Part shown: piece after piece, positions 27,155-32,000 of the stretch | How positions within the stretch are numbered: position 1 is the stretch's first letter | Layout: each line of letters opens with the position of its first letter | Assembly (NCBI RefSeq): GCF_001644705.1 | Contig: NZ_CP015137.1 | Span: forward strand, 4,200,001 to 4,232,000 | Direction: 5' to 3' | DNA length: 32,000 nt | Source of the DNA: Dickeya solani IPO 2222 | Lineage (GTDB): Bacteria > Pseudomonadota > Gammaproteobacteria > Enterobacterales > Enterobacteriaceae | The notes under the pieces: model-generated | Told to the model about the DNA's origin: nothing | The model's database searches: none | What the model saw: only the letters and a program-made list of their open reading frames with translations | Program-made: the position numbers and the translations under genes

Positions 27155-28336
27155 TCAGACGTCGCTGATACGCCACATGCAGACGGCAGCGCCCGCCAGC
27201 ATGGCGATAGCGATAACAAACCCCGCATGATAACTCCAGACTTCGGCCACGATGCCCGCCAGCGAACCGGAGATAATCCAGCCTACTCGGGTGGTGTTGG
27301 TGAACAGCGTCGTGGCGGCACCCGCCTGACCCGGCATCAGATCCTGAAAATACAGCATCCCCATCCCGGCCAGAATGCCGATGAAAATCGCGTTCAGCAG
27401 TTGCAGCGCCAGCAGCGCCCACGAACCGTTCAGCAGCGTCAGCCCGGCATAAAAAATCAGCCCGGCGATCACCGCCAGCCGCATCAGCAGGCGTTTGCCC
27501 AACCGGCTGGTGAGGTAGCCGGCCAGCAGCATCACCGGGATTTCCAGCCCGGCGGCGGTGCCCATCATGACCCCGGCCAGCTTTTCTGGTAACTGCAATT
27601 CATTGACCAGATACAACGGCATATTGATCAGATAGATGCCGTTGCAGGTCCACATCAGCGTACAAGCGGTAAACAGCAACAGCGTATCGCGCCGGTTCTG
27701 TCGGGGCGATTCCAGCGTCGCGGCGGATTTAACCCGGGTTTTTGGCATGGACGGCAACAGCAGCCACACCAGCAGCCCGCACAGTACGAATACCACCGCC
27801 GCCGTCAGGTACATCGCCGGGAAACCGAGGCCCAGCGCCAGCGCGAAGGCGACCGGCGGCCCGATCACCCAGGACAACGAAATCTGCGCCCGCATTACCG
27901 AACTGAACATGGCGGCGCCGCGGCCTGTGCGGTCGGCGTGTTCCCGCGCCAGCGCAAACAGTTGCGGGTTGGCGGTGGAGCCGAAACTCGACAGCAGTAC
28001 GCCGATAAACAACAGTACGAAATAGTTACGGTTCCAGGCATACAGCAGGCAGGCCAGCGCGCCCAACAGGCAGCACTGCAATATCAGCGTCTTGCGATCG
28101 CCCTGACGATCGGAATAGGTCGCCAGAATCTGGCTGACGACGATACCGATCACCGCGCTGCCGGTATAAAACAGCCCGACCATGAACGGGCGCACCTGTA
28201 CTTCCGTTGATAAAAAGAGACTGAGCGTGGGGAGCTGTAGCGCACCGGCAATCCCGGTCAGAAAAGCAATCACCAGAAACGCCGAAGACGTCAGGTCGGG
28301 CAGGCGTCGGGCCGCGCGGGCAGAAGAAATTGTCAT
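27155..28336 (-). CDS. setB: MFS sugar efflux transporter (SET family), SetB-like
   Basis: The product is 393 aa, the same as E. coli SetB, with 12 predicted TM helices. The N-terminus reads FL..AFLTGIAGALQ.PTLSLFLS.EV. The gene is divergent from fruB as in E. coli. Confidence 0.85.
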   Translation of the reverse strand: MTISSARAARRLPDLTSSAFLVIAFLTGIAGALQLPTLSLFLSTEVQVRPFMVGLFYTGSAVIGIVVSQILATYSDRQGDRKTLILQCCLLGALACLLYAWNRNYFVLLFIGVLLSSFGSTANPQLFALAREHADRTGRGAAMFSSVMRAQISLSWVIGPPVAFALALGLGFPAMYLTAAVVFVLCGLLVWLLLPSMPKTRVKSAATLESPRQNRRDTLLLFTACTLMWTCNGIYLINMPLYLVNELQLPEKLAGVMMGTAAGLEIPVMLLAGYLTSRLGKRLLMRLAVIAGLIFYAGLTLLNGSWALLALQLLNAIFIGILAGMGMLYFQDLMPGQAGAATTLFTNTTRVGWIISGSLAGIVAEVWSYHAGFVIAIAMLAGAAVCMWRISDV

Positions 28337-28567
28337 GCTGAATTCAGGTTAAAAAATAAGCAAGAAGGAAACTGAACGCGCTATCTTACGCTGATGGAAT
28401 AGAAACGAAAGTCCGTTTCAGTTTTTTTTCTTCAGCACCTATTCAGCACGCGTGTGTCAAAGTGTTAATAATTTTGGTGTTTCGTGGTGAAAATGTGCGT
28501 GACCTCTAAGATCTGTCATTTTATCTATGCAGAATGCTTGCATACATATAGTGAAAAACGCAGAATT

Positions 28568-28583
28568 TTTGAAACGTTTCAGC
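28568..28583. promoter_or_regulatory. Cra (FruR) operator, a perfect TGAAACGTTTCA palindrome
   Basis: The sequence tttgaaacgtttcagc is the reverse complement of GCTGAAACGTTTCAAA. It matches the Cra consensus GCTGAAACGTTTCA. It lies about 90 nt upstream of fruB, just downstream of a possible promoter (TTGCAT at 28538-28543, 17 nt, CAGAAT at 28561-28566). Confidence 0.75.
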
Positions 28584-28635
28584 GAGGTTTTGCTGAAACT
28601 ACCCTGAGAGAGTCAGCAAATTATTTCTCATAAAA

Positions 28636-28651
28636 GCTGAAACGATTCAAG
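28636..28651. promoter_or_regulatory. Second Cra (FruR) operator
   Basis: gctgaaacgattcaag matches the Cra consensus with one change in the right half. It lies 21 nt upstream of the fruB ATG. A half-site gctgaaac is at 28592-28599. Confidence 0.7.
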
Positions 28652-28671
28652 TTCAGCAAGAGAGGAGCGTT

Positions 28672-29811
28672 ATGTTTCAGTTGTCACAGCACGACATTCA
28701 TTTAGGTGCTTCCGCCGGCAGTAAAGAGGAGGCCATTCGTCAAGTAGCCGCCGCACTGACCGAGGCTGGTTGCGTGAGCGAGGGCTATGTCGAGGGGATG
28801 CTTCAGCGCGAGCTGCAGACTTCTACCTATCTCGGCAGCGGCATTGCCATTCCGCATGGCACCACCGATACGCGCGATCTGGTGCAGAAAACCGGTGTTC
28901 AGGTGTTCCAGTTCCCGCAGGGGATCGCGTGGGGCGAAGACCAGACCGCGTATGTGGTGCTGGGGATTGCCGCCCGTTCCGACGAACATCTGGCGCTGCT
29001 GCGTCAGTTGACCCACGTGCTGAGCGATGATCGCGTCGCGGCCCGTCTGGCCAGCACCACGTTAGCCGACGAACTGCGCGGGTTACTGATGGGCGAACAA
29101 CTGGCGGGCGCGTTCCGTTTTGATACCTCGCTGATTAGCCTGAATGTGGCGACCGACAACCTGATGACGCTGCAGGCGCTGAACGCTGGCCGCCTGCAAC
29201 AGATTGGCGCCGTCGATGCCAGCTTTGTCAGCCATGTGGTCGGTAATAAGCCGGTGCATCTGGGGCAAGGCGTCTGGCTGAGCGACAGCCTGAACGGCAA
29301 TCTGGTGAGCGCGCTGGCGGTGAGTCGCCCGGCGGAGCCTTTCGCGGTGGATGGCGAAAACGTGGCGCTGCTGCTGACGGTTTCAGCCGCTGATGAGCAG
29401 GTATTCGTGCCGCTGGATTACCTCAGCAAGCTCCTGATCGCCGGCAAGGCAGATAGCCTGCTGTCCGCTGACGAAGCCACGCTGCTGGCGCTGCTGAGCA
29501 GTGAAGAAGAGGAAGAAGAAGAGAGCAACGCGCTGGCGGCGGAATTTACTGTCCGTAACGAGCACGGTCTGCATGCCCGTCCGGGGGCGATGTTGGTTAA
29601 CGTCATCAAACAGTTCTCCAGCGAGATCACCGTGGCGAACCTCGACGGCACCGGCAAACCGGCCAACGGCCGCAGCCTGATGAAAGTGGTGGCGCTGGGT
29701 GTTAAGAGCGGTCACCGTCTGCGTTTTACCGCCAACGGCAGCGATGCTGAAGCGGCGCTGAAAGCCATCGGCGATGCTATTCAGTCCGGTCTTGGGGAGG
29801 GTGCAGCATGA
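28672..29811 (+). CDS. fruB: PTS fructose-specific multiphosphoryl transfer protein FruB (IIA-Fru, M domain, FPr/HPr-like domain)
   Basis: The product is 379 aa versus 376 aa in E. coli. The IIA motif GIAIPHGT is N-terminal. The HPr-like C-terminus reads [13 protein letters not shown]. An acidic linker [10 protein letters not shown] precedes the FPr domain. An AGAGGAG SD is present. Confidence 0.92.
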   Translation: MFQLSQHDIHLGASAGSKEEAIRQVAAALTEAGCVSEGYVEGMLQRELQTSTYLGSGIAIPHGTTDTRDLVQKTGVQVFQFPQGIAWGEDQTAYVVLGIAARSDEHLALLRQLTHVLSDDRVAARLASTTLADELRGLLMGEQLAGAFRFDTSLISLNVATDNLMTLQALNAGRLQQIGAVDASFVSHVVGNKPVHLGQGVWLSDSLNGNLVSALAVSRPAEPFAVDGENVALLLTVSAADEQVFVPLDYLSKLLIAGKADSLLSADEATLLALLSSEEEEEEESNALAAEFTVRNEHGLHARPGAMLVNVIKQFSSEITVANLDGTGKPANGRSLMKVVALGVKSGHRLRFTANGSDAEAALKAIGDAIQSGLGEGAA

Positions 29812-30746
29812 GCAGGCGCGTTGCCACTATTACCCTGAATCCCGCCTATGATTTAGTCGGCTATTGCCCGGAAATTGAGCGCGGCGAAGTCAACCTGGTT
29901 CAGACCACGGGCCTGCATGCGGCAGGCAAGGGCATCAATGTCGCCAAGGTGCTGAAAGACCTTGGCATCGATGTCACCGTGGGCGGCTTTATGGGAAAAG
30001 ACAATCAGGACGGTTTTCAACAGCTGTTCAGCGAGCTGGGCATCGCCAACCGTTTCCAGGTGGTGCCGGGACGTACTCGCATTAATGTCAAACTCACCGA
30101 GCAGAATGGCGAGGTGACCGACCTGAATTTCTCCGGTTTCGAGGTAACCCAGCAGGACTGGCAGCGTTTCGTCAACGATTCGCTGAGCTGGCTGGGCCAG
30201 TTTGACATGGTTGCCGTTAGCGGCAGTCTGCCGAGCGGCGTTGACCCGGATGCGTTTACCGACTGGATGTCACGCCTGCGCAGTCAGTGCCCGTGCATTA
30301 TTTTTGACAGCAGCCGCGAAGCGCTGGTGGCAGGCCTGAAAGCCTCGCCGTGGCTGGTGAAACCCAACCGCCGGGAGCTGGAAATCTGGGCCGGACGTAA
30401 GTTGCCCACGCTGGCGGATGTGGTGGATGCGGCGCATGCGCTGCGTGAACAGGGTATTGCCCATGTCGTGATTTCGCTGGGAGCGGAAGGTGCGCTGTGG
30501 GTCAATGCGTCTGGTGCCTGGTTGGCGAAGCCGCCGGCCTGTGAAGTGATCAGTACGGTAGGTGCGGGTGACTCCATGGTGGGGGGATTGATCTATGGCT
30601 TATTGATGCGTGAGTCCAGTGAACACACGTTGCGCCTGGCCACTGCGGTGGCAGCATTGGCCGTCAGCCAGAGCAACGTAGGCATTAGCGATCGCCCGCA
30701 GCTGGCTGCGATGATGGCGCGTGTCGATCTAAAACCATTTAACTGA
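29808..30746 (+). CDS. fruK: 1-phosphofructokinase FruK
   Basis: The 312-aa product has the PfkB-family motifs GKGINVA and [12 protein letters not shown]. Its ATG overlaps the fruB stop (ATGA). Confidence 0.93.
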   Translation: MSRRVATITLNPAYDLVGYCPEIERGEVNLVQTTGLHAAGKGINVAKVLKDLGIDVTVGGFMGKDNQDGFQQLFSELGIANRFQVVPGRTRINVKLTEQNGEVTDLNFSGFEVTQQDWQRFVNDSLSWLGQFDMVAVSGSLPSGVDPDAFTDWMSRLRSQCPCIIFDSSREALVAGLKASPWLVKPNRRELEIWAGRKLPTLADVVDAAHALREQGIAHVVISLGAEGALWVNASGAWLAKPPACEVISTVGAGDSMVGGLIYGLLMRESSEHTLRLATAVAALAVSQSNVGISDRPQLAAMMARVDLKPFN

Positions 30747-30762
30747 CAGCAGGAGATAAACA

Positions 30763-32000
30763 ATGAAAACGCTGCTGATACTTGATAAATCACTGGGACT
30801 GGCGAAAAGCCGTCTGGTGAAAAATTTGCTCGGTGCTGCTGCAGCTAACGCAGGACTTATCCTCACTGAGCAGTTTGCCGATGCGGAGCTGGCCATCGTG
30901 CTGGGTGCTCCCGTACAGGCAGACAGTGGTCTGAATGGCAAAAAAGTGTTTGCCGGGGATACAGAACTGGCATTGAGTCAACCGGCGGCGTTTCTGGAAA
31001 AAGCCAAAGCGGAAGCGCAGTCGTATCAGGCGCCGGCCACCGCTGCGGCGGCCCCGGCTACCGCCAAACGCATCGTGGCGGTGACCGCCTGTCCGACTGG
31101 GGTGGCGCACACCTTCATGGCGGCGGAAGCGATTGAAAGCGAAGCGAAAAAGCGCGGCTGGTGGGTGAAGGTCGAAACCCGCGGTTCCGTGGGTGCCGGC
31201 AACCCGATCAGCCCGGAAGACGTCGAGCAGGCGGATCTGGTGATCGTGGCGGCGGACATTGAAGTTGACCTTAGCAAATTTGCTGGCAAAAAGATGTACC
31301 GCACCTCCACCGGTCTGGCGCTGAAGAAGACGGCGCAGGAGTTTGACAAGGCGCTGTCCGAGGCGACGGTGTTCCAGCCGTCCGCCCAGAGCAGTGCGGC
31401 GGCCGGCGGCGAGTCCGCCAGGAAAGGCGGTGCTGGACCATACCGTCACCTGCTGACCGGCGTGTCCTACATGCTGCCGATGGTGGTGGCAGGCGGTCTG
31501 TGTATCGCCCTGTCGTTCGTGTTCGGGATTACGGCATTCAAGGAAGAAGGTACGCTGGCTGCCGCGCTGATGAAGATCGGCGGTGGGTCGGCCTTTGCCC
31601 TGATGGTGCCGGTACTGGCCGGTTATATCGCGTTCTCGATTGCTGACCGTCCGGGCCTGACGCCGGGTCTGGTCGGCGGTATGCTGGCGGTTAGCACCGG
31701 CGCCGGCTTCCTCGGTGGTATCATCGCCGGTTTCCTGGCCGGTTATCTGGCTCGCGCCATCAGCAACCATGTGACGCTGCCGCAGAGCATGTCGGCGCTG
31801 AAACCGATCCTGATTATTCCGCTGGTCGCCACGCTGATCACCGGTTTGATCATGATCTACGTGGTGGGTACGCCGGTAGCGAAAATCCTGACCGGTCTGA
31901 CCGGCTGGCTGCAGTCGATGGGCACGGCCAATGCGGTCATTCTGGGCGCGATTCTGGGCGGTATGATGTGTACCGACATGGGTGGCCCGGTGAACAAAGT
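30763..32000 (+). CDS. fruA: PTS fructose-specific IIB'BC component FruA, with the 3' end beyond the window
   Basis: This gene is absent from the ORF track because no stop codon falls inside the window. ATG 30763 lies 7 nt after an AGGAG SD. My translation reads MKTLLILDKSLGLAKS...VAVTACPTGVAHTFMAAEAIE.EAKKRGWWVKVETRGSVGAGN...YRHLLTGVSYMLPMVVAGGLCIALSF...MCTDMGGPVNK. It is colinear with E. coli FruA. Confidence 0.92.
   Translation, partial: MKTLLILDKSLGLAKSRLVKNLLGAAAANAGLILTEQFADAELAIVLGAPVQADSGLNGKKVFAGDTELALSQPAAFLEKAKAEAQSYQAPATAAAAPATAKRIVAVTACPTGVAHTFMAAEAIESEAKKRGWWVKVETRGSVGAGNPISPEDVEQADLVIVAADIEVDLSKFAGKKMYRTSTGLALKKTAQEFDKALSEATVFQPSAQSSAAAGGESARKGGAGPYRHLLTGVSYMLPMVVAGGLCIALSFVFGITAFKEEGTLAAALMKIGGGSAFALMVPVLAGYIAFSIADRPGLTPGLVGGMLAVSTGAGFLGGIIAGFLAGYLARAISNHVTLPQSMSALKPILIIPLVATLITGLIMIYVVGTPVAKILTGLTGWLQSMGTANAVILGAILGGMMCTDMGGPVNK

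Noticed and set aside
30790-31770. 326-aa minus-strand ORF near the window end
   Set aside because: It is antisense to fruA, which is missing from the ORF track only because it has no stop inside the window. The fruA frame matches E. coli FruA block for block.

Overview
This is an enterobacterial chromosomal segment. Apart from a visibly AT-rich stretch at about 1400-4430, it is GC-rich at third codon positions. From memory, it is colinear with two adjacent E. coli K-12 blocks. The first block is proL-yejM-yejL-yejK ... rplY-yejH(radD)-rsuA-bcr-yejG-yejFEBA. The second is mepS-lpxT-yeiR-yeiP-yeiW-setB-fruBKA. The sequences are diverged from E. coli, so a Pectobacteriaceae-like host such as Dickeya is my guess (inference only). 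I call 30 protein-coding genes, two of them cut by the window edges, plus one tRNA-Pro(GGG), several intrinsic terminators and a few regulatory sites.

There are four differences from the E. coli order as I recall it:
1. A ypdA-ypdB-yhjX-like sensor/regulator/MFS module sits between yejK and rplY. It carries a YpdB-type direct repeat in front of the MFS gene.
2. A small DUF2492/YecH-like metal-binding gene overlaps the radD start codon by 1 nt.
3. There is no rtn/pdeN between mepS and yejA.
4. An AT-rich, decaying islet abuts the 3' end of proL. It contains a PPOX flavoprotein gene, an arsB remnant with an intact arsC, and a ParE/RelE-type toxin pseudogene behind a short RHH antitoxin.

I do not see a convincing new multi-gene system such as a defence island, CRISPR array or secretion system. 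Most of the window is ordinary core genome. The observations most worth checking are the DUF2492-radD coupling, the decayed toxin-antitoxin and ars islet at proL, and three short tandem-repeat structures in the mepS, rplY and yeiP/yeiW upstream regions. All homology statements come from memory of protein families and E. coli sequences. No searches or computations were run.
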